Below are positions 35,993 through 45,865 of a DNA stretch of 64,000 bases, in pieces. This stretch comes from Lachnospiraceae bacterium UBA7110. Its GTDB lineage: Bacteria; Bacillota; Clostridia; Lachnospirales; Lachnospiraceae. A program made the position numbers and the translations under genes. The first letter of the stretch is position 1. The number at the start of each line of letters is the position of its first letter. The stretch is from NCBI GenBank assembly GCA_002492295.1, contig DKYC01000132.1, positions 6,085-70,084 on the forward strand. Reading direction: 5' to 3'. Below the pieces are notes generated by a model. That model saw only the letters and a list, made by a program, of their open reading frames with translations, searched no databases and was not told the DNA's origin.

Positions 35993-36286
35993 TTTTTATA
36001 CCTCCCTGCTGACTGTATCAATAAGTAAAACGTATCCTATATCTTTACTATATCTCAAAAGTCCGTTGAAAGCAATTAAAAATGTATAAATTTCACAAAA
36101 ATTTTTGAAAGTGGCGAATTTTTTTATAAAGTATTCCAAAAAATAGCATTATTATGTAAATCGACAGGCGCAATGAGAAAATTGCAGTAAGGGAAATTCA
36201 AATAAATAGTGGTATTCATGGGGGGATTGGTGCTATACTTAAAGTATCGCTGAATACAAATAAAAAACGGAAAGGAAGATGTAAAC

Positions 36287-36925
36287 ATGAAAATCGCATT
36301 AATCAATGAAAATAGCCAGGCTGCAAAAAATGCCATGATTTGTGAAACGCTCAAAAAGGTTGTGGAGCCGATGGGGCATGAGGTATTTAATTACGGCATG
36401 TATACGGCGGAGGATGAGCATCAGCTTACTTATGTGCAGAACGGCATTCTCGCCGCGGTTTTATTAAATTCAGGCGCCGCGGATTTTGTTATCACGGGCT
36501 GCGGTACGGGCGAAGGCGCAATGCTTGCCTGCAATGCATTCCCGAAGGTGCTCTGCGGACATATCGAGTCACCGCTTGACGCTTATCTCTTCTCACAGGT
36601 AAATGACGGAAACTGCGTGGCGCTTCCCTTTGCGGAAAACTTCGGATGGGGCGGGGAGTTAAACCTTGAATATATATTCGAAAAGCTCTTCTGCACACCG
36701 GGTGGCGGCGGATACCCGAAGGAGCGCGTTGTACCGGAGCAGAGAAACAAAAAAATCCTTGACGAGGTAAAGACCGTGACACATGCCGACCTTTGCGACA
36801 TTCTGCCGAAGCTTGACAGGGAGCTTTGTAAGGGTGCGTTAAGTGGCGAGAAGTTTCAGGAATACTTCTTTGCAAACTGCAAGGATGAAAAAATCGCTGC
36901 GGCAGTCAAAGCGGTTCTGGCATAA
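36287..36925 (+). CDS. RpiB/LacA/LacB-family sugar-phosphate or uronate isomerase (DhuI-like, long C-terminal extension)
   Basis: MKIALINENSQAAKN, TGCGTGEGAMLACN, GWGGELNL. Confidence 0.85.
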   Translation: MKIALINENSQAAKNAMICETLKKVVEPMGHEVFNYGMYTAEDEHQLTYVQNGILAAVLLNSGAADFVITGCGTGEGAMLACNAFPKVLCGHIESPLDAYLFSQVNDGNCVALPFAENFGWGGELNLEYIFEKLFCTPGGGGYPKERVVPEQRNKKILDEVKTVTHADLCDILPKLDRELCKGALSGEKFQEYFFANCKDEKIAAAVKAVLA

Positions 36926-36936
36926 AGGATATTGCT

Positions 36937-37113
36937 ATGCTGTTGGACAGGATTTATTACACGGTGGACAGCCTTGAGGGAGATTATGCCTATCTGAAAC
37001 GGGAGGATGATGCGTCGGCGGAACCGAAATGTGTCGCAAGGGCACTGCTTCCTGCGGAGATTACGGAAGGCGCAAGGCTGTTGTACGAAATGATGGAATA
37101 TACCTTACTTTAA
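36937..37113 (+). CDS. Small hypothetical protein (58 aa, DUF3006-like), absent from the ORF track
   Basis: MLLDRIYYTVDSLEGDYAYLKREDD...VARALLPAEITEGARLLYEMMEYTLL*; AAGGA RBS; followed by a hairpin. Confidence 0.7.
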   Translation: MLLDRIYYTVDSLEGDYAYLKREDDASAEPKCVARALLPAEITEGARLLYEMMEYTLL

Positions 37114-37118
37114 GCAAG

Positions 37119-37152
37119 CGCGGCAGCTCCTGACAAGGAACTGCCGTGTTTT
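37119..37152 (+). terminator. Intrinsic terminator
   Basis: GCGGCAGCTCC / GGAACTGCCGT stem followed by a T run. Confidence 0.6.
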
Positions 37153-37259
37153 TGAACTGCCAAAAAAGGCACGCGGAGTTTACAAAAGCCGCTTCTTATG
37201 ATAAAATGGGCGTTAATATTAATAAGAACGAACGAAACAAAGAAAGGCGATGAAAATTA

Positions 37260-39263
37260 ATGCAGAATAAAGGGAAATATTATATTACAACGGCGATTGC
37301 CTATACGTCAGGCAAGCCGCATATCGGAAATAATTATGAAATCGTGCTTGCGGACAGCATTGCGCGGTATAAAAGAAAAGACGGCTATGATGTTTTTTTC
37401 CAAACGGGAACGGACGAGCATGGGCAGAAAATTGAGCTGAAGGCAGCAGAAGCAGGCGTGACGCCGAAGGAATTTGTGGATAAAATAGCGGGCGTTATAC
37501 AAGGCTTGTGCGATATGCTGGACATTTCCTATGATAAGTTTATCCGGACAACGGACGGTTTTCATGAAAAACAGGTACAAAAGATTTTCAGGCGCCTTTA
37601 TGAGCAGGGCGATATTTATAAAGGTGCATACGAGGGACTTTACTGTACGCCCTGTGAGTCGTTTTGGACGGAGTCGCAGCTTGTGGACGGTAAGTGCCCC
37701 GACTGCGGGCGTGAGGTGAAGCCTGCAAAGGAAGAAGCTTATTTCTTTAAAATGAGCAAATATGCGGACCGGTTAATTGACCATATTAATAAGCACCCCG
37801 AGTTTATCCAGCCTGTGTCAAGAAAGAATGAGATGATGAATAATTTCCTTCTTCCGGGTTTACAGGATTTATGTGTTTCGCGTACTTCTTTTCAGTGGGG
37901 CATTCCGGTTGATTTTGACGATAAGCATGTCGTTTATGTATGGCTTGACGCGCTGACAAATTATATTACGGGGATTGGATACGACGCGGATGGAAACAGC
38001 ACGGAGCAGTTTAAGAAGCTTTGGCCTGCCGATCTGCATTTGATAGGAAAGGATATCATCCGTTTCCACACGATTTACTGGCCGATTTTCCTGATGGCGT
38101 TGGGTGAGGAGCTGCCGCATCAGATTTTCGGGCACCCGTGGCTTTTGCAGAACAATGACAAAATGAGCAAGTCAAAGGGAAATATTATGTATGCGGATGA
38201 CCTTGCGGAGATATTTGGCGTGGACGCGGTGCGCTATTTCGTGCTGCATGAAATGCCGTTTGAAAATGATGGATCGATTACGTGGGATTTGATGGTGGAG
38301 CGGTTGAATTCCGACCTTGCAAATACGCTTGGAAATCTTGTCAACCGAACGATTTCCATGAGCAACCAGTATTTTGGCGGCGTGGTTACGGATAAGGGCG
38401 TTGCGGAGGCAGTGGACGAGGATTTAAAGAAAGTTGTGACAGGGACGTATGATAAGGTTGAGGCGAAGATGGACGGTCTGCGTGTTGCCGATGCATTGAC
38501 GGAAATTTTCAACCTGTTTAAGCGCTGCAATAAATATATTGATGAGACACAGCCGTGGGTGCTTGTGAAGGACGAGGCGAAAAGGGACAGGCTTGCGACG
38601 GTGCTGTATAATCTTGTGGAAAGCATTTCGATTGGGGCAGGCTTGCTTGAGCCGTTTATGCCCAATACAGCCGCACGGATTATGAAGCAGTTAAACAGTG
38701 ATATTCGGGATTTTGATTCAACAAAAACTTTTGGCGTTTATGTGTCTGGAACGAAAGTTACGGACACGCCGGAGATTTTGTTTGCACGTCTGAAACCGAA
38801 GGAGATTGATGAAAAGGTTGAGGAAATTGCAAAAAAGCAGCAGGCAGAGGCAGGTGGCGGTAATCCGCAGAAAAATGACACGAGTGTCATAAATAATGAC
38901 GGCAGTGACAATACTGTTATGGACATGGAGCCGAAAGAGGAAATCACGTATGAGGACTTTGCGAAAATGCAGTTCCAGATTGGCGAGATTATCTCGTGCG
39001 AGGCGGTGCCGAAGTCAAAGAAGCTTTTATGCAGTCAGGTAAAGATTGGCTCGCAGGTGAAACAGATTGTGTCAGGGATTAAGGCGCATTATACGCCGGA
39101 AGAGATGGTCGGCAAAAAGGTAATGGTGCTTGTGAACCTAAAGCCGGCAAAGCTTGCGGGCGTGATGTCGGAGGGAATGCTTTTGTGCGCGGAGGATGCG
39201 GACGGCAGGCTTGCGCTGATGACCGCTGAAAAGCCGATGCCTTCGGGAGCAGAGATACAATGA
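37260..39263 (+). CDS. metG: Methionine--tRNA ligase with C-terminal tRNA-binding domain
   Basis: TTAIAYTSGKPHIG, GTDEHGQKI, CTPCE..CPDC knuckle, KMSKSKGN, C-terminal OB fold (NLKPAKLAGVMSEGM). Confidence 0.97.
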   Translation: MQNKGKYYITTAIAYTSGKPHIGNNYEIVLADSIARYKRKDGYDVFFQTGTDEHGQKIELKAAEAGVTPKEFVDKIAGVIQGLCDMLDISYDKFIRTTDGFHEKQVQKIFRRLYEQGDIYKGAYEGLYCTPCESFWTESQLVDGKCPDCGREVKPAKEEAYFFKMSKYADRLIDHINKHPEFIQPVSRKNEMMNNFLLPGLQDLCVSRTSFQWGIPVDFDDKHVVYVWLDALTNYITGIGYDADGNSTEQFKKLWPADLHLIGKDIIRFHTIYWPIFLMALGEELPHQIFGHPWLLQNNDKMSKSKGNIMYADDLAEIFGVDAVRYFVLHEMPFENDGSITWDLMVERLNSDLANTLGNLVNRTISMSNQYFGGVVTDKGVAEAVDEDLKKVVTGTYDKVEAKMDGLRVADALTEIFNLFKRCNKYIDETQPWVLVKDEAKRDRLATVLYNLVESISIGAGLLEPFMPNTAARIMKQLNSDIRDFDSTKTFGVYVSGTKVTDTPEILFARLKPKEIDEKVEEIAKKQQAEAGGGNPQKNDTSVINNDGSDNTVMDMEPKEEITYEDFAKMQFQIGEIISCEAVPKSKKLLCSQVKIGSQVKQIVSGIKAHYTPEEMVGKKVMVLVNLKPAKLAGVMSEGMLLCAEDADGRLALMTAEKPMPSGAEIQ

Positions 39264-39370
39264 AAAGATTTTCTAAGCCGCCAAAGGACGCCGGTTAAGA
39301 AAATCTAAGTTTCATTGGGCAAACTTGTGTCTGCGCCCAAGTTTGCAGGTTTTGACAGGAATGGAGAGTT

Positions 39371-40015
39371 ATGATGAAAGCAGAAGCAATAATATTTGAT
39401 TTGGACGGAACGATGTGGGATGCGGTAGGAGGCATTTTACTGACATGGAATCAGGTTGTGTCAAACCATCCGGAATGCAGGAAGGAGCCGATTTCGCCTG
39501 AGGAGTTGAGCGGCTGTCTGGGGCTGCCAATGACGGAGATTGGAGCCAGACTGTTTCCTGATGTGCCACAGGAAAAGCAGCAGATGCTTTTGGACGAGTG
39601 CTGTGCGCTGGAAAACCAGTATTTGAGCGAGCACGGGGGTATTTTATATCCGAAGCTTGAAAAGACGCTGCTTGCGCTCAAAAAGGACTATAAGCTTTTT
39701 GTGGTCAGCAACTGCCAAAAGGGGTATGTTGAGAGCTTTATCAAAGCGCACAGGCTTGAAAAGTGTTTTGACGATATCGAGTGCTGGGGGAATAACCTTT
39801 TGCCGAAGGGTGAGAATAATAAGCTTATTATGAAGCGAAACGGTGTGACGCGGGCGGTTTACGTCGGTGATACTGCGGGCGACGAGGAATCGGCAAGAGT
39901 GGCGGGAATCCCGTTTGTATATGCGTCGTACGGTTTTGGCGAGGCAAAGGCGCCCGATTACGTGCTGACGGAGTTCGTCAAACTGCCGGAGGTTATGGAA
40001 AGAATAACGTTTTAA
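39371..40015 (+). CDS. HAD-family hydrolase
   Basis: FDLDGT, VVSN, YVGDTAGD. Confidence 0.9.
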   Translation: MMKAEAIIFDLDGTMWDAVGGILLTWNQVVSNHPECRKEPISPEELSGCLGLPMTEIGARLFPDVPQEKQQMLLDECCALENQYLSEHGGILYPKLEKTLLALKKDYKLFVVSNCQKGYVESFIKAHRLEKCFDDIECWGNNLLPKGENNKLIMKRNGVTRAVYVGDTAGDEESARVAGIPFVYASYGFGEAKAPDYVLTEFVKLPEVMERITF

Positions 40016-40027
40016 AACGATAGTATT

Positions 40028-40071
40028 AAAAAACAGGAGTATCTGCCGGCTGCAGAGGTACTCCTGTTTTT
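40028..40071 (+). terminator. Intrinsic terminator
   Basis: AAAAAACAGGAGTA..CTG / CAG..TACTCCTGTTTTT. Confidence 0.8.
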
Positions 40072-40121
40072 GCTTTTTTCAGGAAGGATTGTTATTTGTT
40101 GAAATGGTTGTTCGAAAAGGG

Positions 40122-40149
40122 TAAAAAAAGGAAGATATTTTGCCGATAT
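40122..40149 (+). promoter_or_regulatory. sigma28 (SigD/FliA)-type promoter
   Basis: TAAA (40122-40125)-N16-GCCGATAT (40142-40149), matching the SigD consensus, just downstream of a terminator. Confidence 0.8.
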
Positions 40150-40215
40150 AAATATATAGGATAAAAGAAGCAAATGGAATTGCGCAAAAACTCAACGGAA
40201 TGAGGAGGGATTTTT

Positions 40216-41517
40216 ATGCAAATCAGAATGTTTACAGATAATAATATGAATATAACGCTTGGCAGTGCGGCGCAGGAGAAACGTCAGCATGTGCAGACGC
40301 AGAACGGACCTTTTGACGGACCGCAGTGCAGGGTTACGATTTCAAAAGAGGGAAGAAGGCTCAGTGAGCAGTCAGACGGACATGCACAAAAGAGTGTACA
40401 GTTACTGAAAGCTGAGAGGATGATGCGGCAGGAGGCGGATGAAAAAGAGCTGTCAGAGGCAACGCAGAGTGAATATTACGACTTGATTAAGGAAATAGAT
40501 AAGACTATAAAATCAATGAGAAACTCCAATATGGCAGGGGAGGATTTGGAAACCATCCAAAAAAAGCAGGACGCAATCCGCGCTATAAGCGAGCAGAAAC
40601 AAAAGCAGCAGGAGGAAAATCAAAAGAGGGCAAAAGAGGCACAGCGGATGGCAATGCAGTCGTCGGAAATGCAGGATGAGATTGATCAGGGGAACCGAGA
40701 TTTGCTGATTATGCTAAAGAGCATTGAGGAGTCTGAGAAAGCGGAAGAAGAGCGTGAGGGCACAAAATCAGGCGATGACGGCGGTAGTGATACAATCGCG
40801 GATTCGGCAACACAGTTTGCGGCTTCTTCGAGAAAGCGCGAATTGGATGTAGTGGGTATCATTAATCAGTTGAGTGAGGACGGATACAGCTATCTTGCCC
40901 GTGCAGATGAGATTGCTCAGAAGGTATTGGATGAGGCGAAAAGCTTAAAAGAGCTGCTTCATGACGAGAATACTTCAGATGCGGAAAAAAGGGAAGCTGT
41001 AATGAGCTATGGCTTGAAAATGGCGCCAAAAGCATCTGCCGAATTGGAAATCCTGCTAGGCAGGGGCCACTCCGAGGAAGAAAAGGAAGAGGCATTAAAC
41101 AGATACCGTAGTATGATTGTATCAGACAGCGATTATGCCGATTACCGACGGCGCGGTCAGCAGATGATCAGGGATGCCAAGGAGTGTAAAAGCGAGCACA
41201 TAAAAGCCAATCCGCTTCAGGGTATGGAGGAGACGAGGGACAGCATGATCCAGTCGGCTGTGGATGCTGCTTTCAACGAGGCTTCACAGGGCAGGCTTGA
41301 CGAGGATTCGCAGAAGCTTAAAGATGAGGTAAAGGATTTAATTGATGAGCGCAACGATATAGACCATGTAGATTCCGAGGAGAAAAAGGACGAGGAGGAA
41401 GAAAAGGAAATCGGGGATTTGCTTGAGCCGAAGGAGGAGACGGAAAATACCGATAAGAACCCTGATGAGGCTGACGAAGAAAAGTCCGGGGAAAAAATAA
41501 TTGTGACACAAGGATAG
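40216..41517 (+). CDS. Hypothetical acidic coiled-coil protein
   Basis: 433-aa ORF with GAGGAGG RBS; rich in E/Q/K/D; no signal peptide or TM helix. Confidence 0.85.
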   Translation: MQIRMFTDNNMNITLGSAAQEKRQHVQTQNGPFDGPQCRVTISKEGRRLSEQSDGHAQKSVQLLKAERMMRQEADEKELSEATQSEYYDLIKEIDKTIKSMRNSNMAGEDLETIQKKQDAIRAISEQKQKQQEENQKRAKEAQRMAMQSSEMQDEIDQGNRDLLIMLKSIEESEKAEEEREGTKSGDDGGSDTIADSATQFAASSRKRELDVVGIINQLSEDGYSYLARADEIAQKVLDEAKSLKELLHDENTSDAEKREAVMSYGLKMAPKASAELEILLGRGHSEEEKEEALNRYRSMIVSDSDYADYRRRGQQMIRDAKECKSEHIKANPLQGMEETRDSMIQSAVDAAFNEASQGRLDEDSQKLKDEVKDLIDERNDIDHVDSEEKKDEEEEKEIGDLLEPKEETENTDKNPDEADEEKSGEKIIVTQG

Positions 41518-41545
41518 TGGAAGCGTTTCAAAAGGATGTGATTTT

Positions 41546-42130
41546 ATGAAAGTCGGGGAAGCAACAAAGCTGTATCGGGCGCAGCGGGCAGCCATTATTG
41601 ATCGGCGCAGAAAACTCGTCAAAAAGAAGGAGGAGGCTGACAGGAAGGTCAGGACTGCTTTTGATCCGGAGAAAAAGGAGATTTATGCGAATGGGGCGGC
41701 AACCTTGGAGCTTACGATTGGAGCGCTGAATGAAAAGTTTGATGAGAATCAGGAGGTGCTTGACAGGCTGACAGAACAATATGTATCTGTTTTTAATGCG
41801 GAGGTTTCCAAACAGCAGAAGGATGCGATGCAGGATGCCGCTGTGGAGATGAGCAGGATTTTGGAGACGGCAAGGCGCATCGGTAAGGGTGCAAGGGTTC
41901 CAGCTTCCGATGAAAAAAAGGTGATGGAATATAGCATGGAGCTGTATCTTGCTGCAAAGAATCTTGCGATGCTCAACAAAATGAACCGGAAAAAGAAGGA
42001 AAAGTATGATTCCCTATGGGATGACGAGGAAGAAAAGCAGGAGTATGATCCGGAAGGCAAGGCAGAGAATGCAGAGACTTCCGTTGAGGCACCGGAAGAG
42101 CTTGGAGACCTTGGTCTGATACAGGAATAA
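41546..42130 (+). CDS. Hypothetical helical protein
   Basis: 194-aa ORF 28 nt downstream of the previous gene, with AAGGA RBS; motif ARRI..G..VP..DEKK.MEY..ELY.AAK. Confidence 0.85.
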   Translation: MKVGEATKLYRAQRAAIIDRRRKLVKKKEEADRKVRTAFDPEKKEIYANGAATLELTIGALNEKFDENQEVLDRLTEQYVSVFNAEVSKQQKDAMQDAAVEMSRILETARRIGKGARVPASDEKKVMEYSMELYLAAKNLAMLNKMNRKKKEKYDSLWDDEEEKQEYDPEGKAENAETSVEAPEELGDLGLIQE

Positions 42131-42232
42131 CAAATGTTATTAAATACGTAACGAAAAATATACAAAGAATATGGACAGGCAGTTTTTATAAAGTGAAACG
42201 ACAAGAAAGCTGCGGTCAAATGGAGGTTTATT

Positions 42233-42544
42233 ATGGTAAAGAAAATCGAAGATAACAATATGAGTGAAGCCTTGGAAAGCAGCCTTGCACTGGTTGATTT
42301 TTCCGCGACATGGTGCGGCCCGTGTAAGATGCTTGCGCCCGTGCTTGAGGAAATATCCGAGGAGTTTACGGGAAAGCTTGCCTTTTTCAATGCGGATGTC
42401 GATGCGAATGACGCGCTTGCGTTAAAGTATGGCATTCAGAATATCCCCGCGCTTGTTATTTTTAAAAATGGCGAGATTGCCGGCAGGAGCGTAGGATTCC
42501 AGTCAAAGGAGAAGCTGAAGGCGTTTATCAATGAGCATATGTAA
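42233..42544 (+). CDS. trxA: Thioredoxin
   Basis: DFSATWCGPCKM. Confidence 0.95.
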   Translation: MVKKIEDNNMSEALESSLALVDFSATWCGPCKMLAPVLEEISEEFTGKLAFFNADVDANDALALKYGIQNIPALVIFKNGEIAGRSVGFQSKEKLKAFINEHM

Positions 42545-42784
42545 GCCGTGGAAATAGAAGACGATACTGTAAAAGGTGCGAAAAGAAAGGTATATCCTGT
42601 CAGGGATGTATCTTTTTTTATCCGGTAAAATGCGGTTGCAAAAGACCTTGGCATCCGGTCTGCAAAGGACAAAATTTTAGGGTGTAAAAATGATGGAAAT
42701 CTGTTATAATCAGAATGAAGGTATTTTGCAGGCATAAAAATTGTAAAAAGGGTATTGAATGATAACGGAAAGGAAATAGAAAGA

Positions 42785-44269
42785 ATGATGAAACAGGCGG
42801 ATAAAAGAAACCTTACAATGGTAATGGATTTGTACGAGCTTACGATGGCGAATGGCTATTTCAATGACGGTGACATGGAATCACGGGTGGCGTTCGACGT
42901 GTTTTACAGAAAGAATCCCGACAGAGGCGGTTTTACGATTTTTGCCGGACTTGAGCAGATTGTGGAGTATATTGAAAACCTTCACTTTTCAGAGGAAGAC
43001 GTTGCATACCTGCGCTCCCTGAATACTTTTACGGACGCGTTTTTGGACTATTTAAAGGATTTTACGTTTCACGGAGATATTTATTCCTTTCCGGAGGGCA
43101 CCATCATGTACCCAAATGAACCGATTATGACGGTAGTAGCGCCCCTGATTGATGCGCAGATAGTCGAGACGGCAATTTTGGCACAGGTCAATCACCAGTC
43201 GCTTGTGGCGACAAAGACGGCGCGTATTGTGAAAGCGGCGGCAGGAAAGCTGGTGTCGGATTTTGGCGCAAGGCGCGCACACAATATGGATGCCGCGGTA
43301 TACGGCGCAAGGGCGTCCTACATAGGCGGTGCGGCAGGAACTGCGACCGTGCTTGCGGGACAGATGTTTGGCATTCCGGTGAGCGGGACAATGGCACATA
43401 GCTGGGTGATGTATTATCAGGATGAGTTCGAGGCGTTCAAAAATTATGCCGTAAACTATCCCGACAATACCGTGCTTTTGGTGGATACTTACGATACCAT
43501 GCAGTCGGGCATTCCGAATGCAATCCGCGTAGCGCATGAAATTCTGGAGCCGATGGGGAAGCGTCTTAAGGGCATCCGTATCGACAGCGGCGATCTCGCG
43601 TACCAGTCAATCAAGGTACGCCAAATGCTCGATGAGGCAGGGCTTGACGACTGTAAAATTATCGTGTCAAACAGTCTGGACGAGCATACAATCTCTTCCT
43701 TGAACACGCAAAAGGCATGTATTGACAGCTATGGCGTGGGCGAGCGTCTGATTACGGGCGCGACAAGCGATTATTCGGATGACACGCTTGCACTTTTGGG
43801 GGCGGTTTATAAAATTGCGGCGGTTGAGGAAAATGGCACATTTGTACCGCGCATTAAGATTTCGGGAACCGTGGAAAAAATCACGAACCCGGGACTGAAA
43901 AAAGTATACCGGATTTATGACCAAAAAGGAAAGGCAAAAGCAGACCTGATTGCAAAAGCCGATGAGGAAATTGACTTAAGTAAAGATTTCCGGTTTGTGG
44001 ATCCGCAGATGCCCTGGCGTAATCTTAAATTTACCAACTGTACCGCAAAATCTTTGCAGATTAAAGTGTTTGAAAACGGTAAGAGAGTGTACGAGCTTCC
44101 GGCACTGGAACAAATCCGCGACTATGTGAAGAAGCAGCTGAGCGAGGAAATATGGGAAGAGGAACAGCGCTTTATCAACCCCCATGTACATTATATGGAT
44201 ATGACGCCGGACTATTATGAGCTTAAAATGAGTCTGCTCCATGAAAAAGGAATGACGGGAGAAAAATAA
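42785..44269 (+). CDS. pncB: Nicotinate phosphoribosyltransferase
   Basis: DLYELTM, DFGARRAH, GTMAHSW, LVDTYD, GIRIDSGD; ATG 42785 follows an AAGGA RBS. Confidence 0.94.
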   Translation: MMKQADKRNLTMVMDLYELTMANGYFNDGDMESRVAFDVFYRKNPDRGGFTIFAGLEQIVEYIENLHFSEEDVAYLRSLNTFTDAFLDYLKDFTFHGDIYSFPEGTIMYPNEPIMTVVAPLIDAQIVETAILAQVNHQSLVATKTARIVKAAAGKLVSDFGARRAHNMDAAVYGARASYIGGAAGTATVLAGQMFGIPVSGTMAHSWVMYYQDEFEAFKNYAVNYPDNTVLLVDTYDTMQSGIPNAIRVAHEILEPMGKRLKGIRIDSGDLAYQSIKVRQMLDEAGLDDCKIIVSNSLDEHTISSLNTQKACIDSYGVGERLITGATSDYSDDTLALLGAVYKIAAVEENGTFVPRIKISGTVEKITNPGLKKVYRIYDQKGKAKADLIAKADEEIDLSKDFRFVDPQMPWRNLKFTNCTAKSLQIKVFENGKRVYELPALEQIRDYVKKQLSEEIWEEEQRFINPHVHYMDMTPDYYELKMSLLHEKGMTGEK

Positions 44270-44761
44270 CGGCAGCAACTGTCTGCCAGGAAACAGAATG
44301 CGCCTGCATATATGCATAAATGCAAATATTGCAGAAAAATGAAACTTTTGCCCAATAAAGCAATAGCTGTATAAGTACTGAAAATACAGTATAGTATCAC
44401 GTGTTATTTGAAATGAGAGGGAAAATGGAAAAATCAAGTTTGAAAATGCAGGAAAAATTTCACATACGGAAACGGATGACCGGCACAACCATTATAAATA
44501 TCACACGTTACGAAAAAATGTTACAGATGAAATAAACTAGAACACATTAAAATAAAATACGTTATTTTAAAACCTTATAAAGAAGAAAACGGAAAAGGGC
44601 TGCACCGAATAGCAGCTCTTTTTTCATCATAAAACATGGACGCCCAAAGGAAACTTGTCAGCAAGTTCAACTTTATTGTAAAAAAAGAGAGATAAAAACT
44701 ATTATGGTCATATTTTGGTAATTGACAGTGTGACTTTGTGAAAAGAAAGGAAAGTTGATTT

Positions 44762-45865
44762 ATGGCAAGACACGGTGAAAACATAAGGAAAAGGAAAGAC
44801 GGACGTTGGGAGGGGCGCTATTCTGTATACAGTGCAGAAAAAGGAAAAAGGGTTTATTATTCCGTATATGGAAAAAATTATGAAGAGGTACAGCAAAAAA
44901 TGACTGCGAAGAAAAATTTGATAAAGGATCAAATTGAAAAAGATGGAACCGAAATTGCCTTTGCGGAAGCGGCACAGGGCTGGCTCGCGCAGATTAAGGA
45001 AAAAAGAAAGCCCTCTACTTATATAAAGTACAGTCTTGTTTATCAGAAATACGTTGAAGAACGATTTGAAGATGCCGCACTGGACCAAATGACAGATTCC
45101 TTTGTGCGGGAAAGGCTGTCTGATGCATCATCGGACAGTGTACGCAAAAGCGTTTACAGTGTATTAAAACAGATTCTGAAATATGCATCTGTCCATTACT
45201 CCCTGATGATAACCCCCTTGGGAAATCCTGATTCCGAATACCATAACAAGCCCGTAAAGGTACTTTCGAGGGGGGAGCAGAGGCTGCTGATACCGGTTCT
45301 TTACTGTAAGATGAATTTGTTTAAAATGGCAGTACTGCTGGTATTGCTTACAGGCTTGAGGCTTGGCGAATTATGTGCACTCAAATGGACGGATATCGAT
45401 TTTGAAAATAAAATTCTTGCAGTGAACCGGACGGTACAGCGGCTTTATGCCGAAGGCTACCGGACAAAAACAATTCTTATGGAAACAGCTCCTAAAAGTG
45501 AACACTCCATAAGGGAGATACCGCTGTCTGCCATGCTGTCTGAGCTGCTCGCAAAATTCCAAAACGGAAAGGAATATATATTCGGCGGCAATAAACCAAT
45601 GGAGCCAAGGACAATGCAGTATCATTTCAAGGGGATATTAAAAGAGGCAGGTCTGCCTGATATGAACTTTCATATCCTGCGTCATACATTTTCCACAAAC
45701 TGTATCGAGGACGGCATGGATGTGAAAAGCCTGAGTGAAATGCTGGGTCATTCGGATGTGCAGATTACACTGAACCGGTATGTGCATCCTTCTATGGACA
45801 CGAAGCGTAAATATATGGACAGTCTGTCAGAATTTTACGGTCAGATTTACGGTCAGGTCGGATAA
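44762..45865 (+). mobile_element. Stand-alone tyrosine recombinase/integrase with arm-type DNA-binding N-terminus
   Basis: N-terminal ENIRKRKDGRWEGRY; catalytic TGLRLGELCAL (R), PKS (K), FHILRHTF (HxxR), LGH, RYVH (Y). Confidence 0.9.

Noticed and set aside
37150-37259. T-box or S-box leader before metG
   Set aside because: The leader is too short, with no T-box or SAM-I consensus.
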